DNA of 64,000 nucleotides from Desulfobulbaceae bacterium DB1 (GTDB lineage: Bacteria > Desulfobacterota > Desulfobulbia > Desulfobulbales > SURF-16). A model generated the notes under the pieces. It worked only from the letters and a program-made list of their open reading frames with translations. It was not told the DNA's origin and made no database searches. The stretch is taken from contig MQUF01000006.1 in assembly GCA_001914235.1 (NCBI GenBank), positions 203,234 through 267,233 on the forward strand, written 5' to 3'. The translations under genes and the position numbers were made by a program. Of this stretch, positions 9,177 through 19,336 are shown piece by piece; position 1 is the first letter of the stretch, and each line of letters opens with the position of its first letter.

Positions 9177-9342
9177 AACTATCCAGCTTGGGACGAAAAG
9201 TGTTCAAACCGTCCCGTGCTGTAACTGTTCAGCAGTGCCGCAGATGCGCCGGTAAGCGCAGACTCCGAGAGAGGCCTGACCGCTATACACTGGGTATGCG
9301 GGCAGGCCGATGACAAAGCAGATGCGGTGCTGCTGGATAGTT
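9177..9342. ncRNA. Candidate structured RNA or fold-back element, unidentified
   Basis: Perfect 11-bp terminal inverted repeat AACTATCCAGC (9177-9187) / GCTGGATAGTT (9332-9342) enclosing GGGACG/CGTCCC (9190-9195/9210-9215), AGCAGTGCCGCA/TGCGGTGCTGCT (9231-9242/9323-9334, all pair with 2 wobbles) and GGCCTG/CAGGCC (9273-9278/9303-9308). Lies between convergent genes. Confidence 0.45.
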
Positions 9343-9357
9343 ACATAATTTTTTCCC

Positions 9358-10128
9358 TTATTCCGACCCGGTTCTCTGTCGCACGATTTCGAACATGACA
9401 ACCCCGGCTGCAACGGAGGCGTTAAGGGAATCGAGATGCCGTTGCATGGGGATTGTGACCTTGAAGTCACACTGTTCGCCGATCAGAGGGCGAATGCCTT
9501 TTTCCTCGCCGCCGATCACCAGGCAGACGGCGCCGGAAAATGTGGTCTGATAAATCGAAGTTCCGCCATCCTTGACCGTTCCGTAAATCCACATCCCCAT
9601 TTCTTTCAGTTTCTGCAGCATACGGGCTACGTTGGTTACCTGGCAGACCGGCAGAGAGGCCGATGCGCCGGCGGATATTTTGGCCACCGTGCCGCTCAAC
9701 TGGGCGGAGCGATCCTTGGGGATGATCAGGCCGGTGACGCCCGCCGCGGAAGCGGAACGGATGATGGCGCCCAGATTGTGCGGGTCCTGGATGGAATCAA
9801 GGACCAGAACAAAGGGCGGAGCGTGCTGTTCCAGCAGGGCAAGGAAGGCGTCCTCGTCCAATGTTGCAAAAGGAGCGACCCTGGCGATGACGCCCTGGTG
9901 ATTCATCTGCTTGTTGCCGGTCATTCCGAAGTCAGCGGAAAAATTGACCTTGATTCCCGCATCACGGGCCAGATCGATGATTTCCCGGAGTTTTTGGCCG
10001 CTTTTCCCTTTCTGGATAATGATCTCATGAATCGAACCGGGTCGGCCGGCAAGCAGTTCATGGACGGGATGGATGCCCCAGACGAGATTGTCGTCGGTTT
10101 GGTCGTTTTTTGGTTTCATATCTTTCAC
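9358..10128 (-). CDS. rlmB: 23S rRNA (guanosine-2'-O-)-methyltransferase RlmB (SpoU/TrmH family)
   Basis: LVWGIHPVHELLAG, LVLDSIQDPHNLGAIIRSASAAGVTGLIIPK, IGGEEKGIRPLI, IPMQRHLDSLNASVAAGVVMFE. Confidence 0.95.
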   Translation of the reverse strand: MKDMKPKNDQTDDNLVWGIHPVHELLAGRPGSIHEIIIQKGKSGQKLREIIDLARDAGIKVNFSADFGMTGNKQMNHQGVIARVAPFATLDEDAFLALLEQHAPPFVLVLDSIQDPHNLGAIIRSASAAGVTGLIIPKDRSAQLSGTVAKISAGASASLPVCQVTNVARMLQKLKEMGMWIYGTVKDGGTSIYQTTFSGAVCLVIGGEEKGIRPLIGEQCDFKVTIPMQRHLDSLNASVAAGVVMFEIVRQRTGSE

Positions 10129-10736
10129 GTGAGGGGAAGGGAAAGGGGCCGTCCGTCCCTGTCGCGCCTCGTTCTGCTGCGCTCTGCAATGATAATGGCC
10201 CGCAGGGTGTCAACCGCCTGTTCCACCGTATCATTGACGATGATGTAGTCATAAAGAGAAGCATCCCGCATTTCCATTTTGGCGTTTTTCAGGCGCAGGG
10301 CAATGGTTTCCGTTGAATCGGTTCCCCGTCCGGTGAGGCGCCGTTCCTGCTCCTCCCAGGAGGGGGGCACGATGAAAATGGAGCAACAGCCGACACTCCC
10401 GGCTGCCTGCCGGACCTGGCGGGCGCCTTGCACATCAATGTCCAGAAAAACATCGATCCCTTGTGCCAGATGTCCCTCCACCTCTTTTTTGCTGGTGCCG
10501 TAAAAATTGGCGTGCACCTCGGCCCATTCGAGAAATTCATTTTTGGTCCGCATGGCGGCAAAGGTCTGATGATCGACGAAATGGTAATCCACACCGTTTT
10601 TTTCACCGTGACGCGGTGCCCGGGTCGTATGGGAGATGGAAAAGGTCACGCCGTGCAAATCTGCGAAAATTTTTTTGAGGATCGTGGTTTTGCCGGTTCC
10701 CGAGGGGGCGGAAATAATAATGAGATTTCCTTTCAC
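10125..10736 (-). CDS. gmk: guanylate kinase
   Basis: [67 protein letters not shown]. Confidence 0.97.
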   Translation of the reverse strand: MKGNLIIISAPSGTGKTTILKKIFADLHGVTFSISHTTRAPRHGEKNGVDYHFVDHQTFAAMRTKNEFLEWAEVHANFYGTSKKEVEGHLAQGIDVFLDIDVQGARQVRQAAGSVGCCSIFIVPPSWEEQERRLTGRGTDSTETIALRLKNAKMEMRDASLYDYIIVNDTVEQAVDTLRAIIIAERSRTRRDRDGRPLSLPLT

Positions 10737-11017
10737 GGTGCGTCCTCTTCATCAACCACGGGTGGATCGTTGATGGTGGCCGGGGTGAAACGCTGGGTTA
10801 AGGTCTCCGGCTGCACAGCGGAAAGTATCACATGATTGCTGTCCAGGATGATGATGGAGCGTGTTTTCCTCCCCTCGGTCACATCAATGAGTTTTTTCTG
10901 CTCTTTTGCTTCCTCTTTCAATTTCTTGATGGGGGATGATTTCGGTTTTACCACGGCAAGAATCCGGCTCGCCACCACCGAATTGCCGAAACCGACATTG
11001 ATCATTCTCTGGTCCAT
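10733..11017 (-). CDS. DUF370/RemA-like protein
   Basis: [69 protein letters not shown], between gmk and yicC. Confidence 0.9.
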   Translation of the reverse strand: MDQRMINVGFGNSVVASRILAVVKPKSSPIKKLKEEAKEQKKLIDVTEGRKTRSIIILDSNHVILSAVQPETLTQRFTPATINDPPVVDEEDAP

Positions 11018-11031
11018 TTCAACCTGTTCTC

Positions 11032-11919
11032 CTATTCCAGATTCTGTACCTGCTCGCGCATTTTTTCCACTTCATTTTTCAGCTCAACCGCTTGATGAGC
11101 GATGGTCGCATCGGAGATCTTCGATGCCATTGTGTTGATCTCCCGTAAAAATTCCTGCAGGAGGAAGTCCAGGCGGCGCCCGACGGGTTCCTGTTTTTCG
11201 AGAAAACGGCGGAATTGGTCGATGTGGCTGTTCAGCCGGACCAGCTCTTCGGTGACATCCGCCTTGTCGGCGATGAGAGCGATTTCCTGAGCAAGGCGGT
11301 TCGGATCGAGATCAACCTCGGATGCAAGTTTTGCCACTCGATCACGCAAGGTTTCCATTCTCTGGACGGTAAGCTCCGGAATCCTTTCCGCTATCTGTTT
11401 CCCGACCTCGGTCAGCAGATCGAGACGCTGAAGCAGATCCAATTTTACGCTCAATCCTTCACGTTGTCGCATTTCGCCGGTGAATTCAAGGGCTTCCAGT
11501 AGAGCCTGGCGGAGAACGGACCACGCATCATCAAGGTTCTGTTCCTGCTCGTCGGAAATAATGACGTTCGGGTAGGCGGCGATCAGGTCAAGTTCATTGG
11601 GGGAAGAAGGCAGCATCAGTTCCTGCTTGATTTCCTTCAACCGATCACGGTATTGACGGGCCAGGGGGAGATTGACGGTGAGGGTTTTGCTGTCAACGAT
11701 GGAAGGGGCAGGGGTGATCACCACTTCGATGTGCCCCCTGCTGTAAAAGAGGCAGATTTCTTTTTTGACCTTTTCCTCAAGACCGGCAAACTGCCTGGGT
11801 ATTTTGATGCGGATGTCGGAAAAACGATGGTTGACCGAACGGATTTCCACCGTCCAGCCGCAGGTCGGGGTCAGCTGTTCGCCTCGGCCGAAAGCCGTCA
11901 TGCTGGCAGGGTATTTCAT
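11032..11919 (-). CDS. YicC/YloC-family endoribonuclease-like protein
   Basis: [30 protein letters not shown]-terminal [49 protein letters not shown]. Confidence 0.93.
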   Translation of the reverse strand: MKYPASMTAFGRGEQLTPTCGWTVEIRSVNHRFSDIRIKIPRQFAGLEEKVKKEICLFYSRGHIEVVITPAPSIVDSKTLTVNLPLARQYRDRLKEIKQELMLPSSPNELDLIAAYPNVIISDEQEQNLDDAWSVLRQALLEALEFTGEMRQREGLSVKLDLLQRLDLLTEVGKQIAERIPELTVQRMETLRDRVAKLASEVDLDPNRLAQEIALIADKADVTEELVRLNSHIDQFRRFLEKQEPVGRRLDFLLQEFLREINTMASKISDATIAHQAVELKNEVEKMREQVQNLE

Positions 11920-12902
11920 GAAATAAGCTCCATAAGTTCTTGTGCCGTTGTCGTGGCCGTGCCCACCTTGCCCACCACGATGCCCGCTGCAAAGTTGGCA
12001 AGAGTGGCGGCCTCGGCGAAACTGAGCCCACAGGCAAGACCCAGGGCAAGGCTGGCGATAACCGTATCGCCGGCCCCGGTGACATCATATATTTCTTTGG
12101 CCACCGTGGGAATAGTGAAAATGGTCTTTCCCTTTTCAAGCAACGCCATTCCCGCCTCGCCCCGGGTAATGAGAACAGCGGTACAGTTGAGTCGTTCCCG
12201 CAGGGCGGATGCGGCGCGCAGCAGCGAATCACCGTCCGTGATGGCAACGCCTGACATCTTTTCCGCCTCATGGTTGTTCGGGGTGATGATGGTGGCGTTG
12301 TGAAAGAGTTCGGCATGGGCGGGTTTCGGGTCGACAATCATGGGGATCTGCCGGCGACCGAGAAGATCCCGCAGATGGTCCATCAGGCGGGCGCAGATGA
12401 CGCCTTTGCTGTAGTCGGAGATGATCACCGCGTCAAAAGAGGAAATATGATCGTCAAGAAAGGAAAGCAGGGAATCGATGGTTTCGTCGGGAAGGGGACC
12501 TGATTTTTCCCGGTCGAAACGAACCACCTGCTGGCTTTGCGCAACGATCCTGGTTTTTTTTGTGGTGGGCCGATCCGCGCATCTGATGACGCCGTTTGTC
12601 GGGGAATCCAACTCTTCCAGCAAAGAAAGGAGATGGTCGCCCATGAAGTCACTGCCGATCACGCCGCACAAAACCGCTTTACCGCCCAGATCATAGAGAT
12701 TGTGCAGGACGTTTGCCGCGCCGCCCAGCAGCAGGCTTTCGTCCGTGACGTTGACGACCGGAACCGGGGCTTCGGGAGATATGCGGGTGACTGTTCCCCA
12801 GATGAAGTGGTCAACGATAATATCACCGATGACCAGCACCCTGGCGGAAGAAAATTTTTTGACGGCATCATGCAGGTTCTGCCTGTTGACATTTTCCAGC
12901 AC
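11916..12902 (-). CDS. rfaE1: D-glycero-beta-D-manno-heptose-7-phosphate kinase
   Basis: VLVIGDIIVDHFIWGTVTRISPEAPVPVVNV, LGGAANVLHNLYDLGG, DVTGAGDTVIASLALGLA (PfkB family). Confidence 0.9.
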   Translation of the reverse strand: MLENVNRQNLHDAVKKFSSARVLVIGDIIVDHFIWGTVTRISPEAPVPVVNVTDESLLLGGAANVLHNLYDLGGKAVLCGVIGSDFMGDHLLSLLEELDSPTNGVIRCADRPTTKKTRIVAQSQQVVRFDREKSGPLPDETIDSLLSFLDDHISSFDAVIISDYSKGVICARLMDHLRDLLGRRQIPMIVDPKPAHAELFHNATIITPNNHEAEKMSGVAITDGDSLLRAASALRERLNCTAVLITRGEAGMALLEKGKTIFTIPTVAKEIYDVTGAGDTVIASLALGLACGLSFAEAATLANFAAGIVVGKVGTATTTAQELMELIS

Positions 12903-13008
12903 TGGTTACTCCTGTTTTATAGGGACGTGTCGTATAATTTCAGAACTCCTGATGTCGTAACGTGATTTCGATAAGTTTGTCACAATTTCGGATTCTGGCT
13001 TGTTACCG

Positions 13009-13122
13009 GTTTTAGTGCCTAAAATACTTCAAGTGCGTAACGTGCCGAAAATTAAAGGTGTTATCTGAGCAGAAAATACCGCCACTTCAAGTATTTTAGG
13101 CATTTTAAGTACTTTAGGCACT
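13009..13122. repeat. Intergenic inverted/dispersed repeat
   Basis: agtgcctaaaatacttcaagtg (13014-13035) and cacttcaagtattttaggca (13083-13102), followed by ttttaagtactttaggcact. A related opposite-orientation copy is at 26031-26067. Confidence 0.75.
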
Positions 13123-13280
13123 TTTCTCGAACCGCGATTCCGGTATTAAAGTAAAATTTGCCGGGATCAGGTTGTTTGAATTTTAAAAAAAGCTCTTTAA
13201 CCTGATTTTCAGATTTTGCCATCGTTTTAAACAAAAAATTGTTTCTCCAGGGCACGTTGTCCGCCGGCAGCGCCGGGCTG

Positions 13281-14822
13281 TCAGCGGGTATTCGGCCTTA
13301 CGAGATGTTTTCCGTCATCCTGAAGAATCAGTTCGGAAAATTTTATCGCCAATCGTTGCAGCTCGGGGATCGAAAGGTTGTCAATCCCTTCCATGCGGAC
13401 GGTTGTGGTGCGGCCGCGATTGTCTAGCGGCATCCATCTGGAGAAAAAACGGTCATTAACAGCCCCGGCAAAGCAGATGACCGATCTGGTTTGCCGGGCG
13501 GTGGCGAGGTGCTGGCAGCAGGAATCATAGCCGAAAAAAACATCGGCCTGATCGATAAGCGCCGAAAGCATGCCGATGCCGCCCTGCACGCAGACAAGGC
13601 CCTGTTTGAAATACGGTTTTTCTTGGTTGAAATCTTTTTCCGATATGTGCGCGGTCGCAAATCCCCTGCCGCTTATTTTGTCGACAAGTTTTATCGCCCT
13701 TTTTCTTTCATCCGGGTGACAACCGCTGTCAAGCACGACCATGGCCCCGGCATGCTGAAGCAGGCTGGACAGCAGTTCTTCCTCGAAAGGGTCGGGCAGT
13801 CGTTTGCGAGGATCATTGCCTACCCCGAGATTGACGGCGATTTTTTTGCTTTCTTTCGGAAAGCGGGTGAAAAAGTTGCGCACGGTCTGCTGGTGCACGG
13901 GGCGAATGGAGATGCAGGGCGCGATATCTTTTTTTTCATCCAGCAGACGGTTCAGCCAGACATTGGTCAGACTGCTGAGGCGGTGTGAGCTGTGCTGCTC
14001 CATTTCCCGTGAAGGAAAATAGCAGTAAGACCGGTCATCGATCAAGGGAAACAGGCCGAGTTGACTGAGTCGGCTGTCGGGATCGAAAAGAAGGGTGTTT
14101 TCCACCGAAGCTGCCTGCCATTCCTGTTCAAGCAAACGGTAAAGCGAGGTGAAGTAGGTCATTCGGCCGACAAGACCGCCTTCACGGTGATAATGCACCT
14201 TGGTCCAATGGACGCGGGGAAGTTCGGAAAAAATCTCGGCAAGATGCTGAGGGCCGAAAACAATCAGTTCAGCCTGGGGAAAAGTAACGAGAAGCCGATG
14301 AACAATGATGGAGGTCATGGCAACATCGGCGCCCACGGTGACCCGGGACAGCACAAGGATCTTGCGGATGTTGCGGCGCATGGAGCCGGAGAGCGCGCGT
14401 TCTTTTTTGATCCGGCGATAACGGGAGAATAACTGGTGCTCGTCGTGAAAGTGCAGATCGCCGAGCAGTTTGTCGAGAGCCCCGCCTTCAGTCCGGGTGC
14501 GGAGAAATGCCGTCATTCGCAGCAGGACCCGGCTGCAGATGTCGACACCGTCAGCGCTGAAATCATCGCACAACGGTTCGATAATATTTTTATAAAGGGC
14601 GACAACGGCAGCTTTTCGTGTCTGTTCGTTGTCCCTGGAAAGAGCCATGCGGCAAAGATGATCAACAACATCAAGATCCGGCGGCAGCTTGTTTGCGACC
14701 TGCGCCATGAACGATCGGCTCAAGTGATCGGCAATTGATTCAGGAGCGGAATGTTGCCTGACGGAAGTGTTTGCCGGTTGCGCCATGATGAGTTTATGTC
14801 CCTTTTTTGGGCCTGAAAACAT
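13281..14822 (-). CDS. glycosyltransferase family 9 (heptosyltransferase-like) protein
   Basis: ILVLSRVTVGADVAMTSIIVHRLLVTFPQAELIVFG, KIAVNLGVGNDPRKRLPDPFEEELL, CVQGGIGMLSALIDQADVFFGYDSCCQHLATA. Confidence 0.75.
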   Translation of the reverse strand: MFSGPKKGHKLIMAQPANTSVRQHSAPESIADHLSRSFMAQVANKLPPDLDVVDHLCRMALSRDNEQTRKAAVVALYKNIIEPLCDDFSADGVDICSRVLLRMTAFLRTRTEGGALDKLLGDLHFHDEHQLFSRYRRIKKERALSGSMRRNIRKILVLSRVTVGADVAMTSIIVHRLLVTFPQAELIVFGPQHLAEIFSELPRVHWTKVHYHREGGLVGRMTYFTSLYRLLEQEWQAASVENTLLFDPDSRLSQLGLFPLIDDRSYCYFPSREMEQHSSHRLSSLTNVWLNRLLDEKKDIAPCISIRPVHQQTVRNFFTRFPKESKKIAVNLGVGNDPRKRLPDPFEEELLSSLLQHAGAMVVLDSGCHPDERKRAIKLVDKISGRGFATAHISEKDFNQEKPYFKQGLVCVQGGIGMLSALIDQADVFFGYDSCCQHLATARQTRSVICFAGAVNDRFFSRWMPLDNRGRTTTVRMEGIDNLSIPELQRLAIKFSELILQDDGKHLVRPNTR

Positions 14823-14887
14823 GTGAAAAGAAAAAAAATTCTGAATCTGCTACTATAGACGGCAAGAGGCCAGCAGGCAAACAAATT

Positions 14888-15349
14888 TTAATGTTGCCGG
14901 CATGCGTAAAGGAGGGTGGGGCGGGTGAAATGACGGAGGGATCCGGGGAAAAAGAAAAGGGGGATAGCGATCAGCAGGTTGCGCAGGATAAGCAGGTAAA
15001 CCGGGCTTGTATTGCCGGTTCCGAAACAGCCGCAGTCGATGGGCAATTGCAGGTAGCCGCCGGAAACAAAAAGAAGAAGCAGGGTGAAGGCGAGATAAAG
15101 ACCGGCGATCATCCTGGCGAAAATTCCTGCCTTGATACCGATGAGGGCCAGAACGCCGAGAAGGATTTCCAGGGGAGGGTACCAGCGGGCAAGAAACAGT
15201 ATCTGATCAAGGGTGAGAATGTGCCGTTCCAGAAGGGATTCAAGCACATCTCCGACACCGGCGTCCCGTATCTTGACAAGTCCTGCCCAGACAAGAAGAG
15301 CCGACGCCAGATAGTAGTCAGTCACCACCAGGAAGCGGATCACCTTCAT
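14888..15349 (-). CDS. DoxX/MauE-family membrane protein
   Basis: [44 protein letters not shown]; about four predicted TM segments. Confidence 0.75.
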   Translation of the reverse strand: MKVIRFLVVTDYYLASALLVWAGLVKIRDAGVGDVLESLLERHILTLDQILFLARWYPPLEILLGVLALIGIKAGIFARMIAGLYLAFTLLLLFVSGGYLQLPIDCGCFGTGNTSPVYLLILRNLLIAIPLFFFPGSLRHFTRPTLLYACRQH

Positions 15350-16785
15350 GACGGGTCGACAGGAGAATCGCCTTTGCCGGTTCCTTCCCAGAACTGCATC
15401 AATTTGTACATCATCTGATGCAATCTCTCCACCTGTTCCTTCACGTCCTGAACAGTAGCCGAGGCTTCTTCCGACATGGCAGCCTGGGATTGTACCATGC
15501 CGTCAATGCTGTTGACCGATTCGCGGATTTTTCCTTCGGTTTCCGACTGTCGTTTGCCGGTCTCCATGATTTTTTCCATCTGGCGGACAACCGAATCCGA
15601 GGCCGTGTTGACTTCGGCAAAGGTTGTTTTCAGGTTGTTCACCATATCGACGCCGGCGGTTACTTTTGTGTCGAGTCGTTTGATAATGGCGGCAACCATG
15701 CTTGATGTTTCCGCCGTCCGGGTGGCAAGGTTTCTCACTTCAGTGGCGACAACGGCAAATCCCGCCCCTGCTTCACCGGCGCGCGCCGCCTCGACCGCGG
15801 CATTTAAAGCCAGAAGATTTGTTTGAAAAGCAATATCTTCTATGACTTTGACCAGGGAAGAAATTTCCTTGTCCGCTTCCACCATCTCCTTCATGGCACC
15901 GACCACATCATTGATGGAACTGTTGGAATGAGTTGCCGTGCGATAGAGGTCGTTTGCCGCGTTTTCAGCGGTACGGGCGGCTTGCAGATTCTCTTCGGCC
16001 TGTGCCGTCATCTGCTCCATGGTCGATGCGATGCTGTCCAGGGAGGCCGAGGATGAGCTGGTCTCGGTTGCCAATTGAACGGACATGGCGTTGATGTTGT
16101 CAATGGCGTCGAGCAGCCCATGGGTTGCGTTGGTTGATTCCTGGCCCATCCAGTCGAGCTGGCGGGAAATGAGGGAAATCATGTAAAAGATGATTGCGCC
16201 GATCACGACCAGCAGTCCAATGGAGACAAGCAGCATTTTGTTGAGTTGCCTGCTGACGTCAAGGACATGGGCCATGGCCTCGTTATGACTGGCGGAGCTG
16301 TTTGCGACGATTTCGGCAAGGGACTGGAGGAGACTTTTGTTTTCTTTGTCGAAGGCGGCGGTCCATGTCGATTCTTCCCCGTATTGCTGATTAACGCTGG
16401 CGGAAACCATTTTCAGCCCTGCCTGATACGATGCCTGATAGGTTTTTTGCAGAGCGCCAATCTGCTTTGTTGCCTCGGGTACGGATTGGTTCAGTTGAGC
16501 GAGTGCTGCAAACTGATCAAGAATCTGTTTGTTGATGGTTTCCATGCCGGCAAGTTCGCTTTCCGTTCCCGCTGCCCGCGACACATTGAATTTTTCTATG
16601 ATATTGGTGACGCGGCCTTTTAATTCAATGGCGATTTTGGTTTCCGGATACACCTGCCCGCTCACCTTGCGAACTTCGAGGGTAAATTGTTTCGTCGCCA
16701 TCAGGGCGTAGGAAATAATAGCGCCGGAAAGGAGAAAGAGGAGAAGAAAAAAGAAATACAGTCTTCTTTTGCCGCCGAATTTCAT
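15346..16785 (-). CDS. methyl-accepting chemotaxis protein
   Basis: Hairpin-tip signalling sequence [47 protein letters not shown]. Confidence 0.95.
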   Translation of the reverse strand: MKFGGKRRLYFFFLLLFLLSGAIISYALMATKQFTLEVRKVSGQVYPETKIAIELKGRVTNIIEKFNVSRAAGTESELAGMETINKQILDQFAALAQLNQSVPEATKQIGALQKTYQASYQAGLKMVSASVNQQYGEESTWTAAFDKENKSLLQSLAEIVANSSASHNEAMAHVLDVSRQLNKMLLVSIGLLVVIGAIIFYMISLISRQLDWMGQESTNATHGLLDAIDNINAMSVQLATETSSSSASLDSIASTMEQMTAQAEENLQAARTAENAANDLYRTATHSNSSINDVVGAMKEMVEADKEISSLVKVIEDIAFQTNLLALNAAVEAARAGEAGAGFAVVATEVRNLATRTAETSSMVAAIIKRLDTKVTAGVDMVNNLKTTFAEVNTASDSVVRQMEKIMETGKRQSETEGKIRESVNSIDGMVQSQAAMSEEASATVQDVKEQVERLHQMMYKLMQFWEGTGKGDSPVDPS

Positions 16786-16842
16786 AAAAAATCTCTCGAA
16801 AAAGTCTGAACTGTTGGAAATAAAACAGCATCACAAAAACAG

Positions 16843-16878
16843 GAAAAGGAGATGACGTCTGGCCGCATCTCCTTTTTT
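16843..16878. terminator. Hairpin terminator downstream of the minus-strand rhodanese gene
   Basis: aaaaggagatg acgtctggccg catctcctttttt. Confidence 0.75.
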
Positions 16879-16904
16879 CGCCAAAATCACAAACGTAAAA
16901 GCAT

Positions 16905-17627
16905 CTATTCAACCGGCAGTCCGGCCCGTTTCCATGCCAGTACGCCGCCATCCATGACGGCAAGATCAGTGTAACCGTTCATGTGCAGGAATTTGCCGCA
17001 GACGCCGACTTGTTTTCCGGCATGGTCAATGATAACTATTTTTTTGTCTTTGGGCAGGGTTGTGTATTTCTCATCCAGGTCATCAAGGGGGATATTGACG
17101 GCGCCTTTGATTTTGCCCACCTCAATAACCTCTTCACCGCGGATGTCGAGCATGACGATACCGCCGGCCTGGGCCTGAACATCGGCAGGGTTCAAGCGGG
17201 GAAGGTCGACATTGGGATATTTGACTTTGTTTTCAATGGGATACCCTTTTTTTGCCCAGGCGGGAAGCCCTTCGTTGTAGACCATGACATTGGTGTATCC
17301 CAGGGCAGTTGCCGCGTCCGCCGCTTTCTTGCTTTTGGTGCATTTGGGGCCCTTGCAGTAGAAAATGAGCAGTGATGCCTTGTCAGCCGGGAGCAATGGG
17401 TTGCCGGCAACCTTGCTGCTGGGGATATTGATGGAGCCGGCAATTGCCATTTCGTTATGTTCGATGGAGCTCAACGCATCAATTAAGGTGAGAGGTTCTC
17501 CTGCATCAATTTTCTTTTTCAGGTCGTCGGTGGTTATCAGAGAATCCGCCGCAAGGACCGTTGACTGAATGAAAAAAAGACAAAGCGTCAATAATGACAG
17601 AATACGGCAAAGACCAACTTTTTTCAT
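16905..17627 (-). CDS. exported two-domain rhodanese-like protein
   Basis: Signal peptide MKKVGLCRILSLLTLCLFFIQSTVLAAD; LLIFYCKGPKCTKSKKAADAATALGYTNVMVYNEGLPAWAKKGYP; second domain VMLDIRGEEVIEVGKIKGAVNIPLDDL. Confidence 0.9.
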   Translation of the reverse strand: MKKVGLCRILSLLTLCLFFIQSTVLAADSLITTDDLKKKIDAGEPLTLIDALSSIEHNEMAIAGSINIPSSKVAGNPLLPADKASLLIFYCKGPKCTKSKKAADAATALGYTNVMVYNEGLPAWAKKGYPIENKVKYPNVDLPRLNPADVQAQAGGIVMLDIRGEEVIEVGKIKGAVNIPLDDLDEKYTTLPKDKKIVIIDHAGKQVGVCGKFLHMNGYTDLAVMDGGVLAWKRAGLPVE

Positions 17628-17984
17628 GAAATCATCCTCCTGGTTTAATTTTTTTGATCCGCGCACAACACGCACTGTTCTTTTTTTGATGGAAAAAATC
17701 AGTGCCGCAAGTTGATTCCGTTGCAAGCTTATGCCATTATAAGGGGGAAAAAAAAATAAAATCAAAGGAAAAATTCAGGATAGAGGCAAGAGGAACATTT
17801 TGGCAATGCAAACATTTTCTCCATGACTTTTTCGATTTTGTTCGGCGTCGATTGCTCTCGTCAATTTCGGTTTGAGTTAAATTTTTGACTGTGATACCAT
17901 TTAAAAAATATTTTTTCGTAATATTAGCCGGATGCACAATGTGGTATTTGCCTTCCGGTTGAAAATCACAAATCCATTCGGAGG

Positions 17985-19307
17985 TTGTCTATGCAGAAAA
18001 CGTTTTTGCGGAAATTTGTGCCGGTGATGATTTTTTTCTCATTGCTGGTTGGCTGTGCAACAACGGGCAGCGAAAAACAAGGCGGCAAGGCCGCTCAGGT
18101 CACCAGCGCCCAGACCGAGCAGAATGTCTATAAAGGCGAGGTGACGGGAAAGTCCAATAAGGCGAAAACAATATCCATCAAGGTCGGCAAGGATGCGGAA
18201 GCCAAAACCATGATGGTCAAGTTTAACGACCAGACCACGGGTCTTGAATTCGCCGAACAAGGTCAGGCCGCCATTGTCGCGTATAAGGTTGTCGGGAAGG
18301 ATAAGATAGCGACGGTCATCAAACCGAAACTGGCCCAACTGCCCAAGGGAACCTCCGAGGTCAAGACCGACTATGTTGCCGCCCTTATTGCCAAAGGCGG
18401 GAATTATCAGCTGATCGACTCTCGTCCGGCCGGTCGTTTTCACGCCGGCAGTTTGCCTTCCGCGGTCAGTATTCCTGTTGACAAGATCAAGAAGGAGGGT
18501 GCCTCCCTTCTGCCCAAAGATAAAAATACCGAGCTGATTTTCTTCTGCGGAGGCCCCACGTGAGGCATGAGCACCGAGTCCGCCGGTCTGGCGGCTGAAG
18601 CAGGGTACAAAAATGTAAAGGTATTTCTTGACGGCGCACCGGGATGGCAGAAGGCCGGTCATCATGTGGTTGCCAGCAATAATTTTGTCGAGAAAGGCAA
18701 TATCGTGCTGGTTGATCTGCGCGATGCGGCTGATTACAAAAAAGGTCATATTCCCCGCGCCTATAATGTCCCCTTTGCCGATCTTGAAGGTGCGGAGGAT
18801 GATTTCCCGGAAAACAAAACGGCCCCCCTTGTTTTTTACGGCAACAACGCGGTGAAGGCCTTTAAAACGGCAAAGAAGTGGGGATATAAAGGCTCGGCGG
18901 TGTATGAAGGAGGAACCAAGGCATGGACCGCGGCCGGCAAATCCCTGGATACATCCGCCTCTCCCAAAGAGATCACCTGGGTGAGAATTCTTGGGCCGGG
19001 TGAAATCGGGATTGCCGATTTTGTGAAAGTCGCGGGAAAACAACCTGCGGACAAGATTATCCTTGATGTGCGGACAAATGACGAGATCAAGGAAGGCATG
19101 TTTGCAAACGCCGTTCACATCCCCCTTGATGAGCTGGGCGCCAAAATGAACACCCTGCCCAAGAACAAGGAGATACTCATCCACTGCTCCACCGGGGCCC
19201 GGGCGGAAATGGCCTTTCAGGAGTTGAAAAAGGCAGGTTTCAAGACCCGGTATGTCATGGGAAATGTGGAATGCGATCCGGATGACGGGTGTGAAATTTC
19301 GGAATAA
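17985..19307 (+). CDS. Predicted selenocysteine-containing three-domain rhodanese lipoprotein, with in-frame UGA at 18561-18563 read as Sec
   Basis: Both track ORFs (17985..18563 and 18567..19307) are in one frame. Joined protein: ...LIFFCGGPT-U-GMSTESAGLAAEAGYKNVKVFLDGAPGWQKAG, matching FYCKGPKCTKSKKAADAATALGYTNVMVYNEGLPAWAKKG of the adjacent gene with U at a Cys. Lipobox LLVGC. Start is probably ATG 17991 (438 codons, Sec191). Confidence 0.85.
18576..18598 (+). promoter_or_regulatory. Putative bacterial SECIS element
   Basis: Stem CCGCC (18580-18584) / GGCGG (18590-18594) with apical loop GGUCU (18585-18589) and an unpaired U (18579) below the stem. The loop starts 21 nt after the UGA. Confidence 0.8.
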
Positions 19308-19336
19308 TTGACACGGAAGTTTCAACTTGTATTGAT

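Noticed and set aside
9177-9342. Retron msr-msd interpretation of the structured element
   Set aside because: Terminal inverted repeats and nested hairpins superficially fit, but no reverse transcriptase or effector gene is adjacent. The neighbours are a response regulator and rlmB.
18561-18567. Treating 17985..18563 and 18567..19307 as two separate genes, or the TGA as a sequencing error
   Set aside because: Homology to the adjacent paralog runs continuously through the TGA, the second ORF begins mid-domain without an independent RBS, and a SECIS-like hairpin is correctly placed. A Cys-to-stop mutation cannot be fully excluded without selAB data.
18039-19325. 428-aa minus-strand ORF spanning both rhodanese ORFs
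   Set aside because: Antisense shadow ORF. Rhodanese homology on the plus strand is unambiguous.
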